NCBI GenBank assembly: GCA_034530875.2
Contig: JAVRCJ020000024.1
Span: forward strand, 1-64,000
Length of the DNA: 64,000 nucleotides
Reading direction: 5' to 3'
From: Nostoc sp. DedSLP01
GTDB taxonomy: Bacteria; Cyanobacteriota; Cyanobacteriia; Cyanobacteriales; Nostocaceae
The notes below the pieces were generated by a model. That model had not been told where the DNA came from. It saw only the letters and a program-made list of their open reading frames with translations, and did no database searches. Of this stretch, positions 49,733-60,118 are shown in pieces. The position numbers and the translations under genes were made by a program. Numbering within the stretch: position 1 is the first letter of the stretch; each line of letters opens with the position of its first letter.

Positions 49733-50212
49733 ATTTTTTTCCTTCTTTGTTAGGGGAATATCTATCGATGACCAGCATAGTCCCATGCTGTTGGAGCGCG
49801 TTTTTTCTCTCAAAGAGTTTCAGGTTTGAGATTATTCAATTTCGTCCATTCATCGGGAATGTTATATATAGATGTAACCTAAATCTTTGTAGAGCCTTCA
49901 ATGCTCTTTTCAAACCACCCAATAATTAATATCTGCGGTTTTTAAACAATTTTGGGAGTGGTTTACTGGCTTGTTTACAAGCATACAATATTTTTATTTT
50001 TTTGTAAATTAAGAAAGATTTAACATCAGGTATATTTTGCGTTTATTTTTGGTGGCTTTAAGGAAAGTTTAAGGCTAAGTAAATTAACCACAAATTTCAC
50101 TTAAGCTCGTGAATTTTGAGGCAATTTAAAGCATATTTTTGCAGTAAAAAGACAATAATTTTGTATTGTTTTTTGAAGAAAAACTTTGCAATTTTATGTT
50201 TGTGAATTTTGC

Positions 50213-51130
50213 TTATTCCAGCAGATATTCTCGATAGTGTTGCCAGGTTTTATTATTTGATAAGCTTTCTACTGGAATATCTTTAATTTCAATTCCTGCT
50301 CGAGCTGCTATGCTGGACAAGACTTCGCTGGCTAATCCCGTGTAGCCTGGTTCGTTGCCAAGCAATTGACGGAATTTGGCAGCGCAACTAGCTCCTTTGG
50401 CCAACTCAAATACATAATCGTCGGCTACTTCGCCTAATGCTTCTAGAGTTGAGCGTTCTGCACCACCAATGGAAGCACAAGCGTAACCGATACCTCCCCA
50501 AAGGTCTGCTTGTCTTGTTGTGGGAAAAGCACTTATAGTCTTGGCAATGCGGTTAACATCAGCACAATCTACTAACCAAATGCTGCGGCCTAGACCTTGG
50601 TCAAAGACACGACAGGCATAGCCAGAAAGCTGGACGGGAAGAGCTTGACCGTCTATGTAGTCTTGCCAGTAATAAACACCATGATTAAAAGCATAACCAT
50701 CGATTACTGGCCAAGATGTTACGGGGTTCTGTGCATTTAAATGTAGCTCAATAGGCAGTTTGTACCGGACTAGTCCCAAACCCACCCCCAAATAAACCAT
50801 AGTTTGATAAGCTGCTGTGGTTTTTTCGAGAAAAGCCTCTACTCGATTTTGGTTCTGGGGTTTGAGTGCATTTAGTTCGGTGAGAGCTATACCTACACCT
50901 TCTAAGGCAAATCCTAGCAACTCGGAGTCAATTGCATTGAGCTTGGCAACGATCGCCTCTGGTTGTTCGTCTGCGATCGCTGCATGGTATCCTTGCCACA
51001 TACCCTCGGCAATATGTCCAAATCGCTGCGGCACTTTCGGATCTTTTACCATTACCTTACGTGCCGCTAAATTAGCTCTCATCTGCGTCCTAGCTTGTTC
51101 GGCATTGATTTGCCAAGCTTGTTGTATCAT
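50213..51130 (-). CDS. DUF1702 family protein (enediyne E2/E3/UnbL-like), paralog 3
   Basis: GFALEGVG, IDGYAF, FDQGLGRSIW and ADLWGGIGYA. Confidence 0.85.
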   Translation of the reverse strand: MIQQAWQINAEQARTQMRANLAARKVMVKDPKVPQRFGHIAEGMWQGYHAAIADEQPEAIVAKLNAIDSELLGFALEGVGIALTELNALKPQNQNRVEAFLEKTTAAYQTMVYLGVGLGLVRYKLPIELHLNAQNPVTSWPVIDGYAFNHGVYYWQDYIDGQALPVQLSGYACRVFDQGLGRSIWLVDCADVNRIAKTISAFPTTRQADLWGGIGYACASIGGAERSTLEALGEVADDYVFELAKGASCAAKFRQLLGNEPGYTGLASEVLSSIAARAGIEIKDIPVESLSNNKTWQHYREYLLE

Positions 51131-51235
51131 CTTTGTTGTCCTTGTTGAGCAATAGTTTCTGGAGGTAGCATTTCTTTAAACGCAAAGAGCGCAGAGGCAC
51201 GCAGAGAATTCGCTAGGAATTCATGAAATGTTGCA

Positions 51236-52156
51236 CTAAGCTGCTAGGGTTGTTCTAACCGGATGAAAAACACGCGCTCGGTAATGGTGCCAACTTTGAG
51301 ATTCTAGTGCTTGATGATTGACTAAAGTATTAGCTACAGCATCAGTACTCATTCCCCACAAGACTTGACAAGCTAATTCTGTGTAAGGTGAGTAATTACC
51401 AACAGATTGGCGGGATTTGGCAGCGTAAGCTGTTCCTTGGGCTAATTGAAATTGGTAAACATCTGCTGCATTTTTTAGGGCTTCTATGGTTGCACGTTCG
51501 GCACCGCCAGCGTAAGCACAGGCGTAACCGACACCACCCCACAAATCTTGTCGCCTATCTTGGGCAAAGGTATCTATGGTGCGTGCAATGTGATTGACAT
51601 CGCCACCACCGATAAACCAAATACTGCGACCTAAACCTTGGTCAAAAACACTGCAAGCATAACCAGGAATTTGTTCCGGGATGGCTTGATTATCGAGGGA
51701 GTCTTGCCAGCGAAACATGCCTTGATAGTAGCCATAACCATCAATTGCTAAACAACTTCTCTCAAAGTTGAGCTTGTTTAAATGCGGTTTAATAGGCAGT
51801 CCAGCACGAGCCAACATCAAACCCAAACCCACATAAACCCAGTTATGATAAGCTGCACCATCACCTGCAACAAGAGTTGCCATCCGATTTTCGCTGCTGG
51901 GTGCGAGTAAGTCGCGTTGCGCTAGAGCCATACCGACGCCTTCGTAAGCAAAACCTTGCAATTCTGCATCGATTTCATTGATTTTAGGAGCGATCGCTTT
52001 TAAATCTTCACTAGCGATCGCTACATGATATCCTTGTAAAACCGTACTCCCAATCTTGCTTAATCGCTGTTGCACTCCGGCATCGCTTTTTTGAATTCCG
52101 CGTTTAGCCCAAGTATCAGCCATTAAGGTGTTAGCTTCATTTGTTTTAATTTCCAC
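51236..52156 (-). CDS. DUF1702 family protein, paralog 2
   Basis: GFAYEGVGM, IDGYGY, FDQGLGRSIWF and DLWGGVGYACAYAGG. Confidence 0.88.
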   Translation of the reverse strand: MEIKTNEANTLMADTWAKRGIQKSDAGVQQRLSKIGSTVLQGYHVAIASEDLKAIAPKINEIDAELQGFAYEGVGMALAQRDLLAPSSENRMATLVAGDGAAYHNWVYVGLGLMLARAGLPIKPHLNKLNFERSCLAIDGYGYYQGMFRWQDSLDNQAIPEQIPGYACSVFDQGLGRSIWFIGGGDVNHIARTIDTFAQDRRQDLWGGVGYACAYAGGAERATIEALKNAADVYQFQLAQGTAYAAKSRQSVGNYSPYTELACQVLWGMSTDAVANTLVNHQALESQSWHHYRARVFHPVRTTLAA

Positions 52157-52187
52157 GATTCAAATTATCCTTGTAACGCAATAAGTA

Positions 52188-53129
52188 CTAAGCTGCTACA
52201 GTTGTTCTAACTGGATGAGGTATCCGCGACCTGTAATGCTGCCATAGAGGAGATTCTGGAGTTTCGCCATTAGTGGCTAAACTGTCAGCTACAGTATCAG
52301 CACTCACTCCCCACAACACGCGACAAGCCAATTCTGTGTAAACTGACTGATTACCAAGACATTGACGCGACTTGGCAGCATAAGCAGTACCTTGCGCTAA
52401 ATGCAAGCGATAAGCACCTGCTGCATTTCCTAAGGCTTCTATGGTTGCGCGTTCGGCACCACCAGCATAAGCACAGGCATAACCTACACCACCCCATAAG
52501 TCTTGTCGCCTATCGAGTGAAAAAGCATCAATGGTACGTGCAATGCGATTAACATCACCACCATCGACAAACCAAATACTGCGACCTAGACCTTGGTCGA
52601 AAACACTGCGGGTATAACCGGAAATTCCTGGCGAGATGACTTGCTTATCGAGGGAGTCTCGCCAATAAAACATCCCTTGATAGTAGCCGTAGCCATCGAC
52701 TAATAACCAACCCTTAGCGGTATCGAGTCTTTGCAAATGAGGTTCGATAGGTCGCCCAACTCTAGCTAACATCAAACCTAAACCCACATAAACCATGTTT
52801 GCATAAGGCGCACCATCACCTGTAACAAAGGTGGCTATACGATTTTGGCTAATTGGTGTGAGAAAATCGCGCTGTGCTAGTCCCATACCGACGCCTTCGT
52901 AAGCAAAGCCCCGCAACTCTTCATCGATTTCATTTAATTTGGGAGCGATCGCTTCTAATTCATCAGTAACAGCCGTGTGGTATCCTTTCATTAACGAACG
53001 GCCGACCTGTTCCAATCGCTTTTGTACACCAGCATCGCTTTCGCGCACGTCGCGTTCTGCCCAAGTAGCGATTAAATCTGTTGGTAATGTGGCTTTATTT
53101 AAACTTGATTGCCAAGCGTCTTGTATCAT
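52188..53129 (-). CDS. DUF1702 family protein, paralog 1
   Basis: RGFAYEGVGM, VDGYGY, FDQGLGRSIWF and DLWGGVGYACAYAGG. Confidence 0.88.
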   Translation of the reverse strand: MIQDAWQSSLNKATLPTDLIATWAERDVRESDAGVQKRLEQVGRSLMKGYHTAVTDELEAIAPKLNEIDEELRGFAYEGVGMGLAQRDFLTPISQNRIATFVTGDGAPYANMVYVGLGLMLARVGRPIEPHLQRLDTAKGWLLVDGYGYYQGMFYWRDSLDKQVISPGISGYTRSVFDQGLGRSIWFVDGGDVNRIARTIDAFSLDRRQDLWGGVGYACAYAGGAERATIEALGNAAGAYRLHLAQGTAYAAKSRQCLGNQSVYTELACRVLWGVSADTVADSLATNGETPESPLWQHYRSRIPHPVRTTVAA

Positions 53130-53144
53130 AATATTTTTCCTAAT

Positions 53145-54572
53145 TTAAAAAGCTGAATGCATGGAATTTTCCGGAATCCAAGTTCCGTGGAAACCGAAAG
53201 GAACTCGCTGCGGTAGAAGAATGCGGGCTACAGGTTCCTCTGTAATGTCTTGAGCATTAAGAACTACTAATTCTGAAGTTCTTGTAGCTTCGTCGTAGAC
53301 GAAAGTTAATAACCAACCATCATCCTCTTGAGTAGCGTGGGGACGCGGGACAAATACTGCCTCTCCTCCATAACGACCAGACCCCCACTCGTGGGTTTGG
53401 GAATAACCATTGGCAAAGTCATACTTAATTACTGCATCTAAAAAGAAAATAGGCAGCTGTTCCGGCACCATTCTGGCTGTGTAACCGTATTGATTTCGTC
53501 TGCCGACAAATTGCTGATTTAAAGTAGGAAATTCTGAAGCCAAATCATCAATTCTGCCTTCTCGCACTGCACCTGTGCGCAGATTGAAGCGCCAGCCATA
53601 TAACTGCGGCTTATTAACTTGATTATAGCGTAAATTTGTCTTTGTCGGTATGTTTAGTAGTTGAGCATCATCTGTGCGACAGCCAATGACGACAACTTCC
53701 TCTCCTGTTTCATAAGCATTGAGAGTATGCAAAACATAACAGGTAGAAACTTCAAACCAGCGGATATTGCTGTTATTGCCATGACGGGGAATGATACCAA
53801 AGCGGCTGGGCAGATTTGGTTCAAACATGTAACCTGGTTCTCTGCGTCGTAGCCTTTCTAAACTCAATGTCAGGGGCAAATCCATGAATATTGTATAGTT
53901 TGCAGTGATGGCAAAGTCATGCATCATGACCCCTCTAGGCAAATCTATGGGAATTGTTCTCAGTAACTCTCCTTTAGCTGAAACTACACCATATCTTAAA
54001 TAAGGTGGCTGTAGTAGAGAATAGCCAAAAAACATCATTTCCCCAGTTACAAAATCAACTTTCGGGTGAGCAGTGAAGGGAGAATTCAGTTGTCTTTTAT
54101 AAGCGAATGGCCCGATTGTTGTTAAGTCAGGTACGCTAATTTTGTATGGTTCAGCTCCCTCCCAAAGGGCCAAGAGTTGACCTGCGTGCCACACCAGGTT
54201 AGTGTTAGCAGTGTTCTTGAACGGACTGAAAAGATTATTGGGGGGGTTTTGCAGCTGTGGCGACTCCATCAAACTTGTCCAGATGGCTTTACCTACTTTC
54301 TGTTCTAGTTTAAATCCCCGTGTCTGGACATAGCGGTTGCGGTAAGTGGCTTTGCCATTACTAATCTGCACCCCATGCAACATACCATCTCCATCAATCC
54401 ATTTGTAATCGCCTTTGGGGAGAAATTGAGGATTAGGGCCATTGCGAATAAACATTCCTGATAAATCAGTTGGTAATTCTCCAATTACCAAGAGGTTACC
54501 GGCTGTGATTTCTGTTTGTACGGGAGAAAAATTACCTGTGAGATAAGGGCTGATTTTTTGAGCGACAATCAT
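53145..54572 (-). CDS. Carotenoid-cleavage oxygenase family protein
   Basis: YLTGNFSPV, RNGPNP and DGDGMLH, with four Fe-ligand His residues (TAHPK, MMHDF, VLHTLN, GFHGTW). Start placed at ATG 54572. Confidence 0.93.
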   Translation of the reverse strand: MIVAQKISPYLTGNFSPVQTEITAGNLLVIGELPTDLSGMFIRNGPNPQFLPKGDYKWIDGDGMLHGVQISNGKATYRNRYVQTRGFKLEQKVGKAIWTSLMESPQLQNPPNNLFSPFKNTANTNLVWHAGQLLALWEGAEPYKISVPDLTTIGPFAYKRQLNSPFTAHPKVDFVTGEMMFFGYSLLQPPYLRYGVVSAKGELLRTIPIDLPRGVMMHDFAITANYTIFMDLPLTLSLERLRRREPGYMFEPNLPSRFGIIPRHGNNSNIRWFEVSTCYVLHTLNAYETGEEVVVIGCRTDDAQLLNIPTKTNLRYNQVNKPQLYGWRFNLRTGAVREGRIDDLASEFPTLNQQFVGRRNQYGYTARMVPEQLPIFFLDAVIKYDFANGYSQTHEWGSGRYGGEAVFVPRPHATQEDDGWLLTFVYDEATRTSELVVLNAQDITEEPVARILLPQRVPFGFHGTWIPENSMHSAF

Positions 54573-54610
54573 AGTTAAAACTATTTGATTATGGTGAATA
54601 AGATTATTAG

Positions 54611-55966
54611 TTAATGCTTCTTCTTTTCTGGGTAGGGAGGATATCTCCATTTCAAATCCATCAGAAAAGATTTATTTAATATACCTCTTTGATAAGAGAA
54701 GTTATCAAAGCCAGCTTTACCATGATAACGACCCATACCACTAGCACCAACTCCACCAAAAGGTAAAGCCGGAACGGTTAAATGCATCACGGTATCGTTA
54801 ATGCAAACTCCACCAGAGACTGTTTGCTGCAAAATTCGCTCTTGATTTTTTTGATTGCTGGAAAAGAAGTATAAAGCAAGGGGTTTTGGTTGTCGATTAA
54901 CTAAGGCGATCGCCTCTGATAAATTTGTATACTCTAAAACAGGAAGAATTGGGCCAAAAATCTCTTCTTGCATTATCTTGTCTTGCCAAGAGACTTTATC
55001 AATGACAGTAGGAGCAATATAAAGATCCTCTATATTTGTTTCGCCTCCCACTAAAATTTCCCCACTTCCTAATAATTGGGAAAGGCGACAGAAATGCTTT
55101 TGATTTATGACTCTAGCATAGCTCTTACTTACTGAAGGGTCATCACCGTAAAAATTTCGGATTTGTTTTTTGATATTGGTCAATAAATCTGTTTTAATTT
55201 TACGATTTACTAACAGATAATCGGGTGCAGTACAAGTTTGCCCAGCATTAAAGAATTTGCCCCAAACAATTCTTTTAGCTGTATGTTCGATGTGAATATG
55301 CTCGTCAACAATACAAGGACTTTTGCCACCAAGTTCAAGGGTAACTGGTGTTAAATTTTTAGCGGCTGCTGCCATCACAATTTTACCAACTTCAGTACCG
55401 CCAGTAAAAAAGATATGGTCGAAATTTTTTGATAATAGTTCTTGACTGGTTTCAATACCGCCTTCAATGACTTCAATAAAAGATGGGTCGAAATTTTCAC
55501 GAACTATTTTAGCTATAAGTTGAGAAGTAGCAGGAGCTATTTCTGATGGTTTTAAAATTGTACAATTTCCAGCAGCGATCGCACCTACTAAGGGTGCAAA
55601 CATCAAGTTAAATGGATAATTCCAAGGCCCAATAATTAAAATTATACCAAGAGGTTCAGAACGGATTTGAGCAGAAGAAAGAAACTGATAAAAGGGAGTA
55701 GGAGCTTTCTGCGGTTTTACCCACGATCTAATATTTTTGAGAGCAAATTTAATTTCTTCTAAAACTCCAATAATTTCAAAATACGCTTCAAATCCTGACT
55801 TATGCAAATCAGCTTTTAAAGCTTGAACAATATTATCTTTATTGTTCTCAATTACTTGTTGAAGAATTTTCAGTTGTTGAATCCGAAAATCAATATTCTT
55901 AGTTTTGCCAGTATTAAAAAACTGGCGCTGATGTTCGAGTTCATTATAATCTATTTGAGTGAGCAT
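54611..55966 (-). CDS. Aldehyde dehydrogenase (ALDH3-like)
   Basis: PWNYP, FTGG, LELGGKSP, AGQTC (catalytic Cys) and EEIFGP. Confidence 0.93.
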   Translation of the reverse strand: MLTQIDYNELEHQRQFFNTGKTKNIDFRIQQLKILQQVIENNKDNIVQALKADLHKSGFEAYFEIIGVLEEIKFALKNIRSWVKPQKAPTPFYQFLSSAQIRSEPLGIILIIGPWNYPFNLMFAPLVGAIAAGNCTILKPSEIAPATSQLIAKIVRENFDPSFIEVIEGGIETSQELLSKNFDHIFFTGGTEVGKIVMAAAAKNLTPVTLELGGKSPCIVDEHIHIEHTAKRIVWGKFFNAGQTCTAPDYLLVNRKIKTDLLTNIKKQIRNFYGDDPSVSKSYARVINQKHFCRLSQLLGSGEILVGGETNIEDLYIAPTVIDKVSWQDKIMQEEIFGPILPVLEYTNLSEAIALVNRQPKPLALYFFSSNQKNQERILQQTVSGGVCINDTVMHLTVPALPFGGVGASGMGRYHGKAGFDNFSYQRGILNKSFLMDLKWRYPPYPEKKKH

Positions 55967-56081
55967 AGCTTTTTAGGTATTCAGCTAGTAGTTATTAGGT
56001 CATTGAAAAAAGAAATGGCAGCGGCTAATTGTGTAACTTTTAAAACTAAACTGCCATTTCAGTTGTTTTCCTCAGCTAAAA

Positions 56082-57953
56082 TTAAGACCTGATTTCAGCT
56101 TGTAGTGATACTAATTCTGGAACTTTTGCTGTATCTTCGTTCTTTAGGCTTTGTAATTCATTAGTTCCATTTTCTACGCTTTTTCCATTACCCAAGCTAA
56201 TCCAAGGCTGCAATTTTGGTTGATGTTGGTAACTCTTGAAAGCTTCTCTAGCTTTTGCAGTGATACTGTTGTCTGGTACACCTCTAGTTTTCAATTTGAA
56301 AATAAAGTTATCCCAACCAGCTACAGCAGATGCTTTCAGTAAAGCGAAAACGTGCTTGAGGTTTTGTGGCGCTAACAAGCCTTTTATTCCAAATGCCTTC
56401 CACAAAAACTTCAGATACCAAATAGCGACAAAGAAGTGAGTGTATTGCATAGAAACAAAAACATTAGCTCGTTGGGGTTCATACTTAGTGAGGTGGATAT
56501 ATTCATCAAAATCTCGGCTCATTATGTAATTAAAAGGCAATTCATCTGCTCGATGGGTATACATAAACCCAATATTGGCGTTCTTTTCTGCCAACTCTGT
56601 TAACTGTTTGTAGGCAGCATTTAGTATCTCTGTAATGTATACACGACCTGGTTGTTTAATTTTTGCCAGGAAATTCAAATCTAAATGCCATTTCCCTACA
56701 TACAAAGGAATCATCATACCAAACCACCACATGTTTTCTAGGAACATGCGATAACTCATGATGCTAGCGTTACCAAGATGTTTAGGATGATTGCTAACAA
56801 GAAGATTGTTGCGATCGATCATTCCTAAATTAAAGCCGTTATAAACTGCACGTTTCTTCTCTGCATCTGGTTCGCCTGCTAACTTAGCGCGAATTACTTC
56901 TGTAATGGTGTCTATTTCAAAAGACATCATCGTCATTCCCATCGAATAGAAAGGATCGAAGATAGCTGCTGCATCACCAATTACATACCAGTTATCTCTT
57001 GAGAGAATAGTCTTACTCTTGTGCGCTAGCCTTGGCCAGTAATGAAAATCGATTTCCTCTCCACTCTTGAGCAGTCGATAAATAATGTTATGATTCGCTT
57101 CCAGAAAAGCATAAAACTTTTCTTTAGTATTGACACTGTGAGCATCAATATATTCGTGATGGTGGACTAATCCGATTGACAATTCCATGTTTTGGGTGTC
57201 TGTGGGAATCATCCAAATCCAATGTCCGTGTCCCATCCAATGATTAGTAGCGTAGTAGTGGCTACAGGTGGAAACTAAAGGATCGTAACCGCTATGAAAG
57301 ATAGTGCGATCGACATTTTTAACGCGCATCCATGCCGAACCATTATTAACGCCACACACATTTTCAGGGCCAAATAATAGATTATCTGTCTTACGACCGA
57401 TGATAAATTTGCGTCCTGCCGCATCAATAACATGTTTGGCTGTAAGTTCGATATACTCACCATCTAGTTTGACTTTCACCACATTCAAACCATCTCCAGG
57501 CGTTAAGTCAACATCAACAACACGGCCTTGATAAAAGACAGCACCCATCTGTTGATTCATCCTCAGCACATCTCGCTCAAATTTAGGACGGTGAATCAGA
57601 ACAGAAGCCAAGGGCGGTTGGCGAATAGCCCAAAGATGATGGTAGTCATTAATGTTTTCTGTACTTTCTGGATGCTTAGGCCAATGAAAGTTTAAACCGA
57701 ATTTTGGCGGATGATGCTCAACCATGTAGTCATAAAGACCCAACTCTTTACAAATCATTAACGTAGAGATTTCAACCGCTGATTCACCTACTTTCAAATC
57801 TTTTTCTGTCCGTTCTTCAGGACGAGGATCGACCAAAGCAATTTTGATATTGGGAACATTAAGTAACAGGTGACGAGCTTGGCATACCCCTGCTAATCCA
57901 GCACCCATAATTACTACATCATAATTATAGGTTTGGCATTGAGTGCTATTCAT
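56082..57953 (-). CDS. Flavin-dependent halogenase-like protein B
   Basis: GAGLAG, LKVGES, WIWMIP and GDAAAIFDPFYS. Confidence 0.85.
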   Translation of the reverse strand: MNSTQCQTYNYDVVIMGAGLAGVCQARHLLLNVPNIKIALVDPRPEERTEKDLKVGESAVEISTLMICKELGLYDYMVEHHPPKFGLNFHWPKHPESTENINDYHHLWAIRQPPLASVLIHRPKFERDVLRMNQQMGAVFYQGRVVDVDLTPGDGLNVVKVKLDGEYIELTAKHVIDAAGRKFIIGRKTDNLLFGPENVCGVNNGSAWMRVKNVDRTIFHSGYDPLVSTCSHYYATNHWMGHGHWIWMIPTDTQNMELSIGLVHHHEYIDAHSVNTKEKFYAFLEANHNIIYRLLKSGEEIDFHYWPRLAHKSKTILSRDNWYVIGDAAAIFDPFYSMGMTMMSFEIDTITEVIRAKLAGEPDAEKKRAVYNGFNLGMIDRNNLLVSNHPKHLGNASIMSYRMFLENMWWFGMMIPLYVGKWHLDLNFLAKIKQPGRVYITEILNAAYKQLTELAEKNANIGFMYTHRADELPFNYIMSRDFDEYIHLTKYEPQRANVFVSMQYTHFFVAIWYLKFLWKAFGIKGLLAPQNLKHVFALLKASAVAGWDNFIFKLKTRGVPDNSITAKAREAFKSYQHQPKLQPWISLGNGKSVENGTNELQSLKNEDTAKVPELVSLQAEIRS

Positions 57954-58008
57954 GGAATTTTCCTTTTTACTAAGTACAAAAATTGATTAATGTGATTTTT
58001 TTTTGTGT

Positions 58009-58140
58009 CACGCAAAGACGCAAAGGCGCAAAGAAGAGAATGAAAAGAAGGACTTACTAAAGTAGTGAGTACTTCGCTTATCTTGTTGGGCAAACCTCTG
58101 CGTAACTTTGCATTTGACTCTGCGCCCCTGGAGCGTTTAA
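58009..58140. repeat. ACGCA(A/G)AG repeat / REP-like inverted pair
   Basis: CACGCAAAGACGCAAAGGCGCAAAG faces CTCTGCG units. Similar repeats at about 51180-51210 and 60067-60106. Confidence 0.55.
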
Positions 58141-58177
58141 AAACAAAAGCTTGTGTACCTCACTTAACTGGAAATTG

Positions 58178-59998
58178 CTATAGTTTGGCGGCAACTAACT
58201 CTTGCTCTGGCAACTTTTGAAATTCAACACTTTTACTCGCAAACCAAGGCTTCAACTCAGGCTGATATCTATAACTCTTAAACTCTTCTTTAGCCCTAGC
58301 AATTTCACTATTAGCCGGGAGATTTTTGGTCTTGCACCGATAAATAAAATCATCCCAGCTAGCTTGAGCAGATGCACCGAGTAAAGCAAAAACATGTTTC
58401 AGATTCTTTGGCGACAACAGACCTTTTAATCCAAAACCTTTCCACAAGAATTTAAGATACCAAAGAGCAACAAAGAAGTAAATGTTTTTCATATATGCAA
58501 AAACATTGCATTTTTGAGGTTCGTATTTCGTGTTTTGCAGATAGCTATCAAATTCTTGGGTCATGTAATAGCCAAAGGGTAACTGTTGCCCTCTATGAAC
58601 GTACATCATGCCAATATTGGCGTCTTTTTCTATCAGTTCATTGAATTGTTCGTAAACATGAGACATCAATGTTCTAATAACTTGACGGCTTTGTTGGCTA
58701 AATTTACGCAGAAACTTCAAATCTAAATGCCATTTGCCAACATACATAGGCACAATCATGCCGAACCACCACATATTTTCAAGGTAGACGCGCCAGCTCA
58801 TGATGCTAGCGTGACCGAGTTGTTTGGCGTGGCCGTGGAGAAGATGATTGCAAGATTCTATATAGCCAAGATTGTAAGCATTATACACAGCCCGCTTCTT
58901 CTCTGCATCCGGCTCGTTTGCTAATTTTGCTCGGATAATTTCTGTGACACTTTCCATTTGGAATGTCATCATTACCATTCCTAAGGAATAGAAAGGATCG
59001 AAGATGGCAGCCGCATCACCAATTACATACCAATTATCTGGAGAAAACAGAGTTTTACTCTTATGTGCTGCCCTTGGTAAGTAATGAAAGTCAACGTCTT
59101 CTCCACTTTTAACTAGTTGGTAAAGAATGTTGTGATTGGCTTCTAGAAAAGCATAAAACTTTTCTTTGGTGTTAACACTTTGGGCTGGAATAACTTCATG
59201 ATGATGGGATACTCCTACTGATAATTCCATAGTTTGAGTATCTGTAGGAATGACCCAAATCCAATGGCCGTGACCCATCATGTGATTGGTGGCATAGTAA
59301 TGGCTGCATGTCGCACCTGTAGGATCGTAACCGCTATGGAAAATAGTGCGATCGACATTTTTAACTCGTACCCATGCAGAACCATTATTAAGACCAGCAA
59401 GTTTCTCAGGGCCAAAGAGTACATTATCTGTTTTATGGCCAATGATAAATTTGCGTCCTGCTGCATCAATAAGATGTTTGGCTTTCAGTTCTACGTAGTC
59501 ATTACCTACTTTGACTTTAACATTATTTGGAGTATCACCAGAGGCTAGATCGACATCAACTACACGACCATTGTAAAAGTCAACTCCCATCTGTTTATTC
59601 ATTTTCAAGACATCACGCTCGAACTTAGCGCGGTTCATCAGAACGGAAGCTAGCGGGGGTTGTTTGATAGACCAAACATGGTAATAATCATCAATGCTTT
59701 GGGTATTTTTTGGGTCTTTCGGCCAATGATAGTTTAGTCCATATTTGGGCGGATGATTCTCAATTAAGTAATCATAAAGACCCAATTCTTTGCCGAAAAA
59801 GAGAGTGGAAATTTCGACAGTTGATTCACCTATTTTTAAATCTTTTTCGGTTCGTTCTTCAGGACGGGGGTCAATTAAGGCAATTTTGATGTTGGGGATA
59901 TTTAGTAGTAAGTGACGAGCTTGAGATACTCCAGCTATCCCAGCACCCATAATGACGACATCGTAAGTTTGAGAGCGAGTTGTTTTGTTGACTGACAT
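58178..59998 (-). CDS. Flavin-dependent halogenase-like protein A
   Basis: GAGIAG, LKIGESTVE, WIWVIP and GDAAAIFDPFYS. Confidence 0.85.
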   Translation of the reverse strand: MSVNKTTRSQTYDVVIMGAGIAGVSQARHLLLNIPNIKIALIDPRPEERTEKDLKIGESTVEISTLFFGKELGLYDYLIENHPPKYGLNYHWPKDPKNTQSIDDYYHVWSIKQPPLASVLMNRAKFERDVLKMNKQMGVDFYNGRVVDVDLASGDTPNNVKVKVGNDYVELKAKHLIDAAGRKFIIGHKTDNVLFGPEKLAGLNNGSAWVRVKNVDRTIFHSGYDPTGATCSHYYATNHMMGHGHWIWVIPTDTQTMELSVGVSHHHEVIPAQSVNTKEKFYAFLEANHNILYQLVKSGEDVDFHYLPRAAHKSKTLFSPDNWYVIGDAAAIFDPFYSLGMVMMTFQMESVTEIIRAKLANEPDAEKKRAVYNAYNLGYIESCNHLLHGHAKQLGHASIMSWRVYLENMWWFGMIVPMYVGKWHLDLKFLRKFSQQSRQVIRTLMSHVYEQFNELIEKDANIGMMYVHRGQQLPFGYYMTQEFDSYLQNTKYEPQKCNVFAYMKNIYFFVALWYLKFLWKGFGLKGLLSPKNLKHVFALLGASAQASWDDFIYRCKTKNLPANSEIARAKEEFKSYRYQPELKPWFASKSVEFQKLPEQELVAAKL

Positions 59999-60118
59999 TT
60001 TCTGTTTTGTTCGTTAAAAGTTTTGAGAGGTGGGCAGATTTTTGATGAAACCTCATTTTGTGGTATCACGCAGAGGCGCTCCAGACGCAGAGGAGAGAAC
60101 GCAAAGTAAGGACTTGAG

